A DNA stretch of 64,000 nt, from assembly GCA_965603825.1 (NCBI GenBank), contig CBFDEM010000061.1, positions 234,073 to 298,072 on the forward strand. Direction: 5' to 3'. Source of the stretch: Blepharisma stoltei ATCC 30299. Taxonomy: Eukaryota > Protista > Ciliophora. A program made the translations under genes and the position numbers. A model generated the notes under the pieces. The model was not told the DNA's origin. It saw only the letters and a program-made list of their open reading frames with translations, and searched no databases. Positions 15,317-29,927 of this stretch are shown one piece after another (within the stretch, counting starts at the first letter, position 1; every line of letters begins with the position of its first letter).

Positions 15317-16460
15317 TTATGTGCAAAATTTAATATAAAAAATCATTGTAATTTATATTTAGTCTAATTGAAGCTTAATTTTTAATCTATTTGACTTACG
15401 AGCTAAGCTAATATGGCATCAATATGTTGGGTTAGTTAGTTAGCTTAATCAGAGTACCAAATGTAATCAACTTGACTTTTCAAATTATTTTATCAGTAGC
15501 AATAGTCGCACTTGATATTCTTGCTAATCAAATAAGTTGGCAACTAAATTCAACTTACATTATAAAATGGATAATAAAGAAAATTTTAAATACTTAAGTA
15601 GTTATAGATAATTGCAGCTTTAAATCAAAATTTGCTTTAACTTTATCCAGAAAATAGACTTTAAACGTCCTCTAATAATTACTTTAGAATTAAATTCTTC
15701 TTCTTTTCCAGCTTTATTTAATTTCTCAAAATTTTAGAAATCTTGAGGATTTAGATGAATGTACAATAATATAATTTAAATAAAAATCGTGAAATCAATT
15801 GATAATTCCACATATCATCATACTCAAATTATTTCAATTAATTATGTGGAAATGGGTAAAATAGCAGTGTTTTAATACAAAAAGAGTGCTATTTTAGGTA
15901 ATATTAATCAAGCTAAATTTACAAAATTAGCCTGGAACAACGAAGATTAACAAATAATTTATTCGGATAAAAAAATGAAATAATCGAATTGCTTTTTATT
16001 AATAGATGGCATCTAAGAAGATTATTTAAGCTCAAAGGAGAGCCATTGAAGCCAAACTTCAAGACTGGCATCCTCATTGTTAAAAAGGTTAAGGTGGCCA
16101 CACTGGAGGGTTGGAGAAAAATTGCGAGTCTGTCCAAGGAAGGTTTTGAGGTAGTTGTGTATCGGGTGACTAGGCAGTGGAGTTTAAACGAAATAAATTT
16201 AATTGATTTATTCGTTTACAATACTGGAGTAAATATAAAAGATCTTTCTTTGATAGATTTATGCCAACTATTTCATCACTTTCTAATAGACTCAATCAGA
16301 TCAATGGCAGATCCAAAACTATTATTTTGATCATAATTTTACCATGATAGAAATAAAAGTACTCTTTTAGAAGAATAGAGTAAATCTATAAAATAATTAA
16401 GACAGTGTTTAAAATTATGATTAAACATTTCACAACTAATAAAATATGAATATTAAAAGG

Positions 16461-19400
16461 TTAATTGTATTTCTCTAAGTTTTCAGATTTTTTGAGATTT
16501 TTACGAATTAAATGGTAAATAGTCCTTGAAAAAATTGCAACTGAAGAAAATAGTTGAATTCCCATAACTGTAATTACAGCTGCAACTATCGTATATTCAA
16601 AAATGGCAACTATTTTATTATCTATATAAAATAAATATACTGAAATAGCAATCATTACTAACCAAACTAATATTTCAGTCAATAAATTACTTATTTGCAC
16701 GATCTGATCACTAAATGGTCAGTAGAAAAATAGATGCATAATAGTAGATAAAGAAAGCAGAATATTTATAGTAACCTCTGTTTTTGGATAATCCCTTAAA
16801 TAAACCAAACTTGCAATGTATATTAGTCTTCTAGCAAAAAATAGAAAATAATATTGTGTTGCAAGCAGTCCTTTATCTGTTCGAAATTCATAAAAAAATG
16901 TACTAAATAAGTTGTTAAAAGCTTTCTCTCTATATTTGATTTTATTTTTATTCTTATAAGAAAATCAAAATAGCAAGGGTGGAGTGATAGCTAAAGGAAT
17001 GTATAAAATAATGCATAAAACAATGTTTGCAGCTTGGATAGGGTTGCTATAACCAAATTTTACTAGGCCTATGCTAGCAGCAGCACCTATTTCAAGATAG
17101 CATTGAATTCAAAATCTTAAATAAAATGCGTATCTATAAGAGCTTAAAGCTTTCCTAAATTTTTTATTAAGCCATCATAGCGAGCATCTTGAAAAGTAGA
17201 AAACCGCAGGAAAAGCCACCAAGGATGCCAGAATTATTGTAAAATCATCTCCTTGATTAATTAGAATTAAATCGGAATCGTATCCAAAAGTCTGAGCTTG
17301 AGAATAAGGAGTATTCCCTTGATCTTTTTCTATAAAATATATAAAAATATTAGGAAAAAAGCTAAATGAATTCAAGCTGTTCAAAAAAGCTATCATTTTG
17401 TCTGATAAAGGTATCCCTGACAGTGTTAAATAGCTGAGAATCTGCAGAGTGTTCATCATAGTTCATAAAGAACTGGCGCTTGGATTTATAATTGACAAAA
17501 CAGCAGATACTGCTACAATTGTTTGTGTAGCAGCCTTGGTTTGAGAAGTAATTGAAGAAATTGTTGAAGAATAAGAATCTGGGTCATAAGAATTTAAATT
17601 TGCAGAAATTTCAGATGAATTTAATAAGCCATTTGATACTGATCTGATTTCTGTAAGATTTAAAAATTCAAGAACTAATAAAGTCCCCTTAGAAACTTTG
17701 CTATCAAAGCTTAAAGAAATATAATAGTATGTCTCATTCTTGTGCTCAATTTTTCAAGAAAAGTCTTTATGGTTCTTAATCTTTATAGTAAAATCAGAGG
17801 ACGAGAGAGGGTTGATAAGATTGTCTGAAAAATTAAGGTATAAAGAATTATCTGATAAAACCCTTAGGCTAGCTGAGAATGCAACTCGGCTGCATTGTTT
17901 TGCACCACTATAGCCTAAGCCACAATGACATAAATTATTTGATAAGCTTGCATTTTCTACACAAGCTATACATTTTGTTAGAGACTCACAAGAAGTGCAT
18001 AGATCTGGGCAAGAATAAAAAAGTCCATCTGAGCCTCTAAATCCACCTGACTCTATTGGGATGCAGCTACTTTTATTAGAAATATCCAACACAAAATCAA
18101 TATCACATATGCAAGATTCTGGGTTTATAGCTTTTTCTTCGCAAGCCACGCACCCTGCAGCAGAATAATCTATGCAATCTTTACATAGTAGATTCTCGCA
18201 TAGTGAGCAAGTAGATCGTCAATCCCTGCAGCTTTTCTTGCAGTTTATATTACATTTAAAGCATGCATTATAGCTTGGACCGATTCAATATTCATAAATT
18301 TTGCAATTAGGAATGCATATTTGATTTACAGGACAAATCCCACAATTTTCTGAGCAGATTGTTGTTGAGAGTTGCGAAATTGGGATTATGCCATTATATA
18401 TCTGAATTTTATATATAAAGCCTTGATAGAAATTATAAATTCCATCTAATGATAGTTGAGCTCCAATAGTCATTGTCGTGTGAGAAATTTTATCTTGGAA
18501 ATCTTCATATCCTGCTAAAGCAGAAGGACTAGGTGATGCATTTATATAGCAAGTTATGCTATTATATCCAGAATCAAGCTGCTCTAACGTAAAAGCTAAA
18601 TGGCTTCACTCATAATGGTTAAAAGAAGTTTGACATATGTACATGAATGAAGATGAGTCTATAATTAATGAAATTCCTGGCTTATCATTCATGACGAAAG
18701 CTGCATAAATTATTGATAAACCTTCAGATAAAGTATGCTTAGATAGCAGTGCATAATTTGAAATTTCTGAATTAATCCATATTGATATAGCAAACATAGA
18801 TGCAATAATAAGTTTAGGTGACATATAGTTCGAATATTCTGGCATCCTCATTATAGAAGACTTCCCATTAAAATAAAATCCTCTCATATAAGCAGGGATA
18901 GGGTCATCATCTTCATAATCAGGATAAAACTTTTCAGATGACCCAGTTATTACAGGTATTGAGCTTGCTTTATCATAAACTACCCCACTTAGAGTGTTTA
19001 AGTCTAAATCAAATATTAATTTCTTAGCCAAAACACAGCCAATTGGAGAGTTTAAATATCCTGAAGAACAGCTTTTGACGCATTTACCTGAGTTCATGGA
19101 ATATCCAGTAGCACATGCTAAGCAGTTATCAGTATTAAGATAAGAACAGACTGAACAAGATGGATTGCAGAGCTCACAGGATTGAGAGCTAAAAATTCAT
19201 AGAGCACTCGCAATACACATACAGTGATCAGATGGCTTGTAAGCATTTGAAATACAGGTTAAGCATTCTCCTGTAAAAGTTGTGCATGATAAGCATTCTT
19301 TATCTCTGCAAAGTCTGCAAGTTAAATCGCTAACACAACCTTTGTCACAGCCTGGCAGACAAGCTGTACAGCTATCTGGATATTCATTTAGAGCGCATTC

Positions 19401-22400
19401 GCTTAAACATTGATGGTTAGAGGGGCATTTAAGGCAGCCAGATATGCATGAAGAAGTTGTATAATCATCAAACTGATAGTCATAAGAGTTATATATAATA
19501 AGTCGAGCCAAAAATCCTTTAAGTCCTAAATTTCCCAAGGTTTCATCATTTCCAACAAAAAGTGTACCTATTTGAGTATCCTTGAAATAAGTCAAAGATG
19601 TAGTTATAAGATAATTATTTGGGACTGTATTGATATAAGAGTTTAGAATTGTTTTACCATCAGTTTGCACTTGCCCAGTAAAGCTTAAGAAATGCCAGCT
19701 GTTTAATATGCTAACAGAAGTTGATAAAGTAGCAGCAGATAAATCTGAAAATACTATTAGAAGGAGTGGGTTTCCTGAAGAGTCTATTTTTATTTTAAGG
19801 ATATCGTTTGACGTATATTTAGTCATTAAAATTCCAGCTCCTAATGCCTTAACTCATATAGAAATTGTGAAAGATGGTGCTATCATGACTGTGGTAGATA
19901 AATAATTTTTTTGATCAAAATAATATCCTCTTTTATATGAAGGAATTGGATCATAAATATCAGATCAATCTGGGTAGACGTTAGCATTATTATTCCCTAC
20001 ACTAAAGCCAGAAACAGTATCAAGCCTAATCTGATCTGTTAAATCCAAACTAGCCCCCAAATTTGTTAAATAATCACAAGTATTTGTCCCTGTATTTATA
20101 GTAAACCCAGATGGGCACGCAGTTAGGCATTGCCCAGTATTAGCGAAAAAATAAAATTCAGGCAAACACGAAATGCATTTTTGATAAGTTATATCAGTGC
20201 ATTGAGAGCATCCATTTGAGCATGCCATACATGAAAATCCATCCGAAGAAATTATAAATCCAGTATTGCAAGTGCATGAGCTAGGGGCTCCACTCGCGTT
20301 GGCTATACATTGAGTGCATTTTCCATAATCAAATCCAGTGCAAACTGAGCACAAAACATCATTACAAATATTGCAGGTGGATGCTCTAACACATCCCTTA
20401 CTGCAGGAATTGCATGCTGAGCAAGAAGCTCCATTATAATAATGAGACAAATTGCAGGACCATGCACAAGAATGGCCAGAGCCGCACATTGTATTAATAT
20501 AAGTTGTGAAGTCGATGATAGGGATATTTCATAGCTGAAAATTATTAATAAACCCTATAAATCCTGAAGAATCACTTTTCCCAATCATTAAGTTGGTCAA
20601 AGAGAGATCTCTAAAAATATAATTAGATACAGCCAAGTTTGCAGCAGAAATGCCATTAATGTAAATCGTTAAAGTTGTGCTGTCAGAAATATACTTAAAA
20701 GTGACTGACAAGTACGCTCAATCGCTAATAGTGGAGCCTGAAGGCAGGGATAGAATAGCTAGTACTTGTGTAGGGCTTTCTAAGCTTGTTTTAATGTCTC
20801 CTGTTGAAGATAAAGTTAACCTAGATAGTTTTTGCAACCAATCACCATTAGAAATTACATAAATTCATGCCCCAATAGAAAAACTGTGAGAAATTAATAT
20901 CTCAGTTGAAGAAAGTAAGTATGTGCTCCCATCAAAAAATAAGCCTCTCTTATATGCAGGGATAGGATCATAAGTTTCAGGAGAATTGAAAAATTGAAAA
21001 GTTGCTGAGCTAGTCCCTGTTCTAAAAATTCCATATGATCCTTGAAATTCACCGTTAAAAGATTGATCTATAACTGGAGTAGACACTGGCAAACAAGATA
21101 CTCCAAATCCATATGGACAGCCATTTATGCACGCAGAACCAATTAATTTATAATTCTCAGAACAAGTTGAGCATTCAAAATAGGTAGTTTTTATGCAAAC
21201 CGAGCAAAGACTGTCACAAATCTCACAAGTCTGAGTTGCAGATACCCAGAAAGCATTTAAGGCACAAGTGCAGCCGCCAGACCCATCGCTAATAGCATTT
21301 GTAATACAAGTTAAGCAGGAATTTGCACCAGAAAATTCTATACATGTAGCACATTCTTTGGTTTTACATAGTCTGCAAGTATCAGAATTTCGACAACCTT
21401 TGCTGCATGAAGTAATGCAATCCGAGCAAGAAGAGCCATTAAAATACTTAGACAATGGGCAGTCATCTGGACATGTCAGATCAACTGAGCATTTTGTGCA
21501 AGGACTTGTACACCCACTGCCCTTCCAATCGTCTAAACTATGACTATTTTCTGAAAAAAATTTTAGTTTCCACAAAAATCCAGAAAATCCTTGAGAATTG
21601 CTTCCAATATAAAAATCTCCGGATTGGCTGTCTTGAAAGTACAGAGGATTTGCACTTATAGCAGTATCCTTTAGAGCTCCATCAATATAAGATTTTACTG
21701 TAGTTGTTCCATCAGTATTAATCGTGCAACTAAATGAAACGTAGTATCAATTGTTAAGAATGCTTGATGGTCCGGCTACCAAAATGGTAGTTGACAGATC
21801 GGATAATAAAAGATCTATCATAGGAGACCCTGATGACAAAATTTGTACTACTAGTCGAATTGAACCGATATATTTGGTTAAAACTAAGCCATCTGAAAAG
21901 GCTTTAATCCACATATATATTGAAAAATTAGGAGCAAACATAAAAGAGGTAAGCAAAAAGCTGTTTGGATTGAAATAATAGCCTCTTAAATAAGCTGGAT
22001 ATGGATCATAAGTGTCATAAATTGGATATGAATTAGAATTTGATGAGCCGACTTTTACTCCAGACATAGTTCCTAAGAGAATGTTGTTAGAAAATGATAT
22101 TGAAAATGAGACTGATATTAAATCGCAATTATTTGTTGCAGAATTTGGAGAATATCCTCATGGGCACTCATTTAAGCATTGCACACTAAGAAAATAAGAG
22201 CCATTTTTGCAGCTTTTACATTGATGATACCCACCTCCATCACAAATACTGCAAGCGCTATAGCATGATAAGCATACTGCTTGGCTTTGCTGCTGATAAT
22301 ACCCAGAATTGCATAAACATGGAGATCCTGAAGCATTAGCAATGCATTCTGTGCAATCTCCTGAAGAGAATGACAAGCATTTTGAGCATAAAATATCATC

Positions 22401-24305
22401 ACAAATATAGCAGGATACTCCTCTTGTACAGCCTATCGTGCAAGAAGCTAAGCATGATTGGCACGAAATTCCATCATAGTAGTGAGAATAATCGCATGGC
22501 CATAAAGTTTTTACTATACTTCCTGTAAACCCATAAAGATTATAGCCAGCAGAAAAATCAGTAATCACAACTTGCCAAAGTTGAAAATAGCTAATAAACC
22601 CATTAAAATATGTTGAACCTTTCCCAATATATAAAGTTCCTCCAGCTGGTACCCTAAATACACGGTTTGTGTAAGTAGATGCTGGAGTTGATATATTATT
22701 TTTTCATTGAGTGAAAGCAGCTGCTTTATTCACAAACCCCATAGAATACGAAATGTAAGTCCAGACATTTGAAGATAGCGAATTTGTGAGTGAATATGAG
22801 AGGTTTAATCCATCTCATCTTTGCACTGTTATTGAAGTCGTCCCAATTATAACATCAAAGCTATTATCACTATGACTGATAATTGTCCCACTAATAGCAT
22901 AAACTCACATAGCTATACTCCAAGTATAAGACAGATCAATTGACGCAGCCAAATACTGATTTGAGTTAAAGTAAAGACCCCTATTTTTAGCAGGAAAAGG
23001 ATCTGAGGTTTCTGGAGAACTCCAATAATTATAGCTTGAAGAACTTGCAGCAGTAATTCAAGCTGTTCCATAACTTCCAGCAAATGGGCCTGTAAAATCT
23101 GCTGTTATTACAGGTGTAGACACATATAAAGAGGGATCTAAACAGTTACCAAACCCATATGGGCACGCATTCAAACAAATGTCTCCTATAAGGAATTTCC
23201 CTGCATTACAAACTGTATTAGTTCAAGTTTGAGTGCATGTAGCCCCATTGACATCACAACACCCTGGAGAAATGCCTGTTCCACATGCTGTGCACATTGA
23301 TAATAAATACCCAGAGCAAGACGAACAATCAGGAGAATAACAATAATTGCAATTGCTGCTTCTAACACACCAAGGCCAATCATTGCAAGCTACATTACAA
23401 TCTTGGCAAGCTGACCCATCCCAATATTGTTTATCAACACATTCAATAGTATTACTCATAGCTCCATAGAAAGCTGTTGTATCAGCCCTTGCTTGAAGCC
23501 AGTATATAAATCCTCTGAATGAATTTCCAGCATCTCCTAAAGTTCATATAAAAGAGGTGCCAGGATACCTTACTTCAGCATTATTTATTAATATAGAGCC
23601 AGCTGACAGTCCATTGATACTAAAGGTAAAACTTATATCGCTGCAAGAGATTTGAGAAAGAGTCATTGAAGCTGTATGCCAATATGATGTATAATGCACT
23701 GAGCTTGAGCCAGAAACAGAAAGTGCAGATCCATTAGAATCATATATTATGACTGTAAACGTATAAGCATTTGAAGGATCTGCTGATATTTGTATATAGC
23801 TATTTGTCGATGAAATAACATTTAAAATTTGTCCGCTAGCAAGAGACTTAATTCATAAATTTAGAGTAAAATAGAGGCCAGGGATATGACTTTTATTGCT
23901 ACTTGCTTTTGATGTTGGAGCGAAATAAAAGCCACGATCTAGTGTTGGGAGTGGTGAATTTTTTGTTGCGGAGTTGTAAGCAATTGAAAGCGGATTTATA
24001 AATTTTTCAGTTGAATCAGTTGAGCTAACAATATAATTTAATTGCAGATTCTTTATAGTAGAAAATTCTAGCGTAAATAGAATTGCGTTTGCACCAGTAG
24101 GGCTGCTGCAATAGTTATAGCATGTAGGACTGCATTGCTGATAAGAGGTAAATAAAGAAGGGCAAGAAGCTTCACAAATTTTTGAATCAATCATATACTT
24201 TGAGCTGTTGCAACCAGAATTTCCACCTGAGGTCCAACTATCGTAAGGGCAAGTGCTAGAAAAGGCTAAGAAAAATTTGGAGAGAAAAATCAAAAGCAAG
24301 CCCAT
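16461..24305 (-). CDS. G3: ~2614-aa paralog, 6 modules plus ~9-TM domain
   Basis: Thirteen co-framed ORFs from 23853-24305 to 16461-16700, with TGA breaks and a TAA end. Signal peptide MGLLLIFLSKFFLAFS. Module motifs at ~23930, 22975, 21980, 20940, 19925 and 18875. Confidence 0.9.
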
Positions 24306-24719
24306 TAGTTTAAATTATATCTAATTATGAGAAAATTTTAGATTTTTTTGGTTTTGAATTTAGATCTTTATTAGGCAAAGTAAAACTAGCAGCAGTATGA
24401 CTAAATTAAAACTTTCTAAAATTTATACTTTATCCATTTTAATAATTTTATAAAGTATATTATTTTAATAATTTATACTTTTTATATAATGCAAATAAGC
24501 CATAATAAAATATATTAATTTCTTCACAATTTGCAAACCACCACAAATAAGCATATATTTTGCTTAATTTAAAGCTGAATTATTAATGATTTAGAAGTTT
24601 ATAATTATATGCTATTATTTAATCAAAGATATTATAGCGTATTGAATAAAATAATTGATAGTTTTAAGAATAGTATTAATTTTAGTGAAAGAGTCAATTT
24701 TTAAATCAATAATTTATTT

Positions 24720-27700
24720 TTAGACTCCTTTAATAGGGAGAACGCAGACTTTTTTATTTCTATGCTCAGCGAATTTGTGCCTTAATATTTCATAAACATT
24801 TCTTGAAAAAATAACGGCAGATGCAGAAAATTGTGTTCCTATGACTGTTAATGAAATAAAAATAATGCTATTTTCCACAACAGATATAATACCTGAACTT
24901 ACATCAAATAAATAAAATGAAGTAGCGCACATAACAAGGCCGATAAGTACTTCACTAAGCAAATTGGAAATTTGTAAAATTCGATCTTTAAAAGGCCAAT
25001 AAGCAAGTAAATAAAATATGCTCATAAGAGAGCATATAATATTAAGGTTAACTTGAGTCTTCGGATAGTCACTCAAAAACACTATATTTGTTATATATAT
25101 AAATCTTCTTAGAAAATATACAAAATAATAAAGAGAGCAAAGCAAACCTTTTTCAGTTCTAAATTCATAAAAAAACGAACTGAATAATGAATTAAAAATT
25201 CTTTTCTTTTTCTGGATTTTATCTCTATTTCAATAAGAAAATATTAAAAATGCAGGAGAAGTTAACATGGATAAAAAATATAATAAAACGCAAACAAAGA
25301 TATTTGTTATTTGTGCTGCATTGTCGCTTCTTCACACTACTAAGCCTACACCTGCAGCTGCAGTGAGTTCAAGATAGCTTTGTATTCAGAATCTTATATA
25401 AAATGAGTATTTACATGCTTTAAGGATTTTTTTGAATTTTTTACCAACAAATCTATAAGAGCACCCAGTAAAATATATAATAAATGGCAATAAAACTATT
25501 GATGCAATTACAATAGAAAAGTCATCGCCTTGGTTTAATAGAATTAAATCAGTGTTATATCCAAAATTTCTAGCTTCTTTATAAGCTTTGCTTCCTTCTT
25601 GCTCTTCAATTAAATATTCAAAAAAATTAGGGAAAAAATTATATGAGTTTAAACTTGATAAAAATTGAATCATTTTATTGGAAAAATCAATCCCTGATAG
25701 TGATAAATAAGTAAGAATTTGTAAACAGTTCAGCAAGCCTCATAAAGAGCTTGGATTTTGATTTAAAATTGACAGTATTATACTTCCGATTACAGTGCTT
25801 TGCACAATTGTGACGATATTTGAAGCAATCTCTGATACTACTAAAATATAAGGATTTGGATCATATTTATTAAGCGGTGAGCAGACAGTCGAAGAATTCA
25901 GAATCCCATTTCAAACTGATTTTACTTTCGATAAATCTAAAAATGTTACATTTGCGACTGCATCTTGGGGAATTTCGTCCTTAATGGACATAGGAATATA
26001 ATAATATGTTTCATTAATTTTCTCAAGATTCCATGTGAACTTTGGATTGGTCTCAATTGATATCGTAGCGTCATTAATAGAAAGTGTGTTTTGTAAATGA
26101 TCTGAAAAATGAAGTGCTAAAGAATCATTAGAGAAAACTATAAGACTCACAGAAAATGGCACATAGGTGCATGTTGTCGCTCCGTTGTATCCATCATTGC
26201 AGCTACATAAATTATTAATTACGCTTGCGTGATTTACGCAGGAACTGCATACCAGAGATGATTCGCAAGTTGAACATAAGTTTGGGCAAGGATAAAGGAG
26301 ATCATCTGAACCTCGATATCCTCCAGCAGGAACTGAGATGCAAGAGTTAGAATTATCAAGCACATAGCCTATGCTGCAAATGCAAGAGCTATTTTCAAGA
26401 GAAGCATTTGATTTGCAAGTTTTGCACCCAGTAGCAGAATAATTAATACATTTATCGCATAGGGAACTATAGCAAACTGAGCAAGATGTTTGACTGTCTT
26501 TACAGCCATTTTTACAGTTCGAATTACAATTTGAGCATTTATTATATTCAGGTCCTTTCCAAAATTTATTTATTTTACAATTGGGTATGCATGAACCATT
26601 TATAGGGCAAACTCCACAATTTTCAGAGCAAGATGTTTGAGATAGTAACGCAACGGAATATACAACATTATATATTTTGATTTCATATAAAAATCCTTGA
26701 AAGAAGTTCCCTACTATATCTTGAGATATTTGTTGAGCACCTATAAGAGATATTGCATTAAAATTTATATCTTGGAAATATCCAAATCCAAGAGTGTATA
26801 AAGGATCTGGATTTGTATTTGCATAGCATGTCACAACCGTGTTTCAATTCATATCTATATTTACTTGAAATACTATATGGCTTCATTCGGAAGTTAGAAG
26901 TGAATTTTGGCACATATATAGGAGTATGGAATTATTAATCAATAACTGAATAGCAGGCTTGCGGCTGATTAAATAGACTGCATAAACAGTTGAATAGCTA
27001 TTGGAAATATCATTTTTTGAGATCACAGCTGAATTTTCATTCTCAATATTTAATCATATAGAAATAGTAAAAACTGGACCAATTTTGAGCTTAGGTGATA
27101 TATATGTTTTATATTCTGGCAGCCTCATAACTGAAGATATTCCATTAAAATAAAAGCCTCTCAAATGAGCGCCTATTGGATCATCCTCTTCGTAATCTGG
27201 ATAAAATTGCTCAGATAACCCCGTTACTACTGGAATTGAACTCGCTGAATCATAGACAACTCCATTCAATGTATTTAAATTCAAACTAAAAAAGAGCTGA
27301 GTTGTCAATAAACATTCGTTTGATAACTTTGCATATCCTAAAGGACAGTCAGATAAGCAAGTTTTGGCTGCAGAGAAATAATAATAGCCAGGTTTGCAAG
27401 ATGTGCATTGATAATAAAATGATCCTGAGCAGGCAGAGCATCCTTCATAGCAAGGCGAACAAATAGTTTGCCCAGGAGGCTCATAAAATCCACTATCACA
27501 TGTGCATGAACTACCTGACCGATTGGCAACACATAAAGTGCAAGAATTGGGCGAAAATGAAGAGCACTTTAAGCATAATTCACTATCACAAATATTGCAT
27601 GAGTCTCTCACGCAGCCCTGCATGCGTTCACAAGGTGGACACCCATAGCATCCAGTCCCATCCCAATATTGATTTACATTACAATCTCAAAGACAATCAA

Positions 27701-29483
27701 GATCCTCTCCTGAATCACAATGATGAAATCTCTCCCTTCAAAAACTGGAACTAGCGACTTGCCAAAGTTGAAAAAAACTTATAAAGCCATTAAAGTCTGA
27801 AGAGCCTAGAAAAAGCGATCCTCCTTCTGGCGGTCTAAAAATAATATTGCTCGCAAAAAGGTAGCTATCATCGGCGGAAAGATCTTGAAGCCATGCAAAT
27901 GTAGAAACTCCGCTATCTTTATCAAATGCCATCGAAAAACACAAATAATATCACTGCAGAGAATTTGGACCTCCTGTTCAAGATAAAGTAGGACTTGGAA
28001 AAGTACTGCCTGTATTATCTTCCATTTCAATATTAAATGATCTAGCGTCAGTACTAAAAAAAACACTATTCTCTTTCTTAAATTGCAAATAGGCTCCAGA
28101 ATAGATATATATCCATATTTCAATTGTAAACTCATATGAAAAATTGATTTTTGCTTCTAAATAGTAATTATTAGTAAAATAAAGTCCTCTATTCTTTACT
28201 GGAATTGGATCATAAGTTTCTCGATCATTTCAAAAATAATAGTGAGAATCACTTGCAGCAGTTACTAAAATATCGTCATAAATCCCCTTAAACTCACCTG
28301 TAAAATCAGCTGTAATAACAGGTGTAGCTACTGGAGCACAATTGCCAAAACCATATGGGCACCCATATAGACAGATTCCATTAATAAAATAATATCCAAC
28401 TTTGCATGAGTTGCTGTATCAGGTTGAGTCACAAGTATCAGCTAATCAGTCACAACTAGGTAATGATCGTATTTTATGTTCCATACACATATCAGAAGCA
28501 TATCCAGTGCATACTAGACAATCTATTGAATGGCATATAGAGGAACAGTTTCTGCGAATGCATCATGGTCATTTTTGTGAGCAGCTTAAATCACAGTCTT
28601 GGCATTGGTTACCATCCCAGTATTGAAGATTAAGACATTGTATTTGAGTGCTCATCTCCCAATAGTTTAAGGTTAAATCATTTCTTGCTTCAGCTCAATA
28701 CAAAAATCCTTGAAAAGAATTCCCTTGATTTCCTATTGTTCAGGTATAATTACCATTTGGAAAATTTGCTTCTTGTCCAAAAAAAAGTTGGCTTATCATG
28801 CTACTCATTTTCGTAAAAATTTGTAGCTTAACTGAATCACATGCAATTTGTTCAATTTGAAATGACAAATAGTTTCATAGGGATAAGGTATTTGAATGCT
28901 TGATTGATAAATGAGATTCATTGTAATTCCCTGAATTTTTAGAAATAATCTTAAAAGAAATTCCACTGTCTAATATGCACTCAATATAATTTTTTGAGTT
29001 TATATCTACAATTATAAGAATCCCTGGGGAGATTTGATGGATTCAAAAGTTCAAAGTGAAATAAAGTGATGGGATGTAGCTTTTATTGCTCATTATTGAT
29101 GAGGAAGGCTCAAAATAAAATCCACGGTCTAAAGTAGGTAGTGGAGAGTTTTTTGTTAAACTACTATAAGGAACTCCAAGAGGGTTCACTCATTTATCTG
29201 TATAGTTACTTGAGCTTTGAATAAAAGAAGCTGATAAATCTTGAGCTTTCCAAAAATTAAGCTCAAATAACTTGGGTGATACTGGCAGATTGCATTTGGC
29301 AAAAGGTGAAGATTCTTCAATAAATTGAGAAGGGCATGCTTCAGAACAAATTTTACCATCAATCATGTACTTAAAATTCATATCTGTGCATATTTCAATA
29401 GTGCTGTTCTTTTGTGTGGATGAAAACGCTAGAAGAGTGTTGGAAAGTAAAATCAACTCGAATAGTTTCATTATTAACCCCAT
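24720..29483 (-). CDS. G4: ~1587-aa paralog, 3 modules plus ~9-TM domain
   Basis: Co-framed ORFs. The gap 27945-29189 was translated by hand and is open apart from TGA. ATG 29483 (MGLIMKLFELILLS) was chosen by alignment to the adjacent truncated copy; ATG 29471 is an alternative. TAA at 24720-24722. Confidence 0.88.
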
Positions 29484-29927
29484 ATGCAACTATGATCAGA
29501 ATATTTTTATGAATTATTTATGAAAACTCAATGCTGAGAACTTAGTATTTTAAATTTATGATGAAAAATACAATTAAACTTAGAAGAATTTATTAAAAGA
29601 GTAGTATGAGTAATTTAACACCCTTGTGGCTAATTATTATGGATTAATAAATAAAAATAAAAATACTTTTGCTTTTAATTTGATCAGTTAGTTACTCTTC
29701 AAGCAGCATTAACAAATAATCGATTTTTAAACAGAAAATTATTTAAGTAATTGACAATTAGTGTAGCACAGGTTTTGAATAATTTTTTCTAGATTTAAGC
29801 ATTTCAAATTTCGACATGCCAAGGCGTTGCCTATATGGAATTTCAAATTTATAAAAAGTTTCAATTGTAAGGCTTGTTGATATTCAAATTCATGGTGTTA
29901 TTAAATTGCACTTAAGTCTAATTTTAT

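Noticed and set aside
15989-16330. 113-aa plus-strand ORF as a real gene
   Set aside because: It has a non-ATG start and no recognisable domain. The region is kept only as a possible degenerate remnant in another frame.
24410-24490. Direct and inverted TTTATACTTT repeats in the G3-G4 spacer
   Set aside because: Very AT-rich low-complexity sequence, where such repeats are expected by chance.
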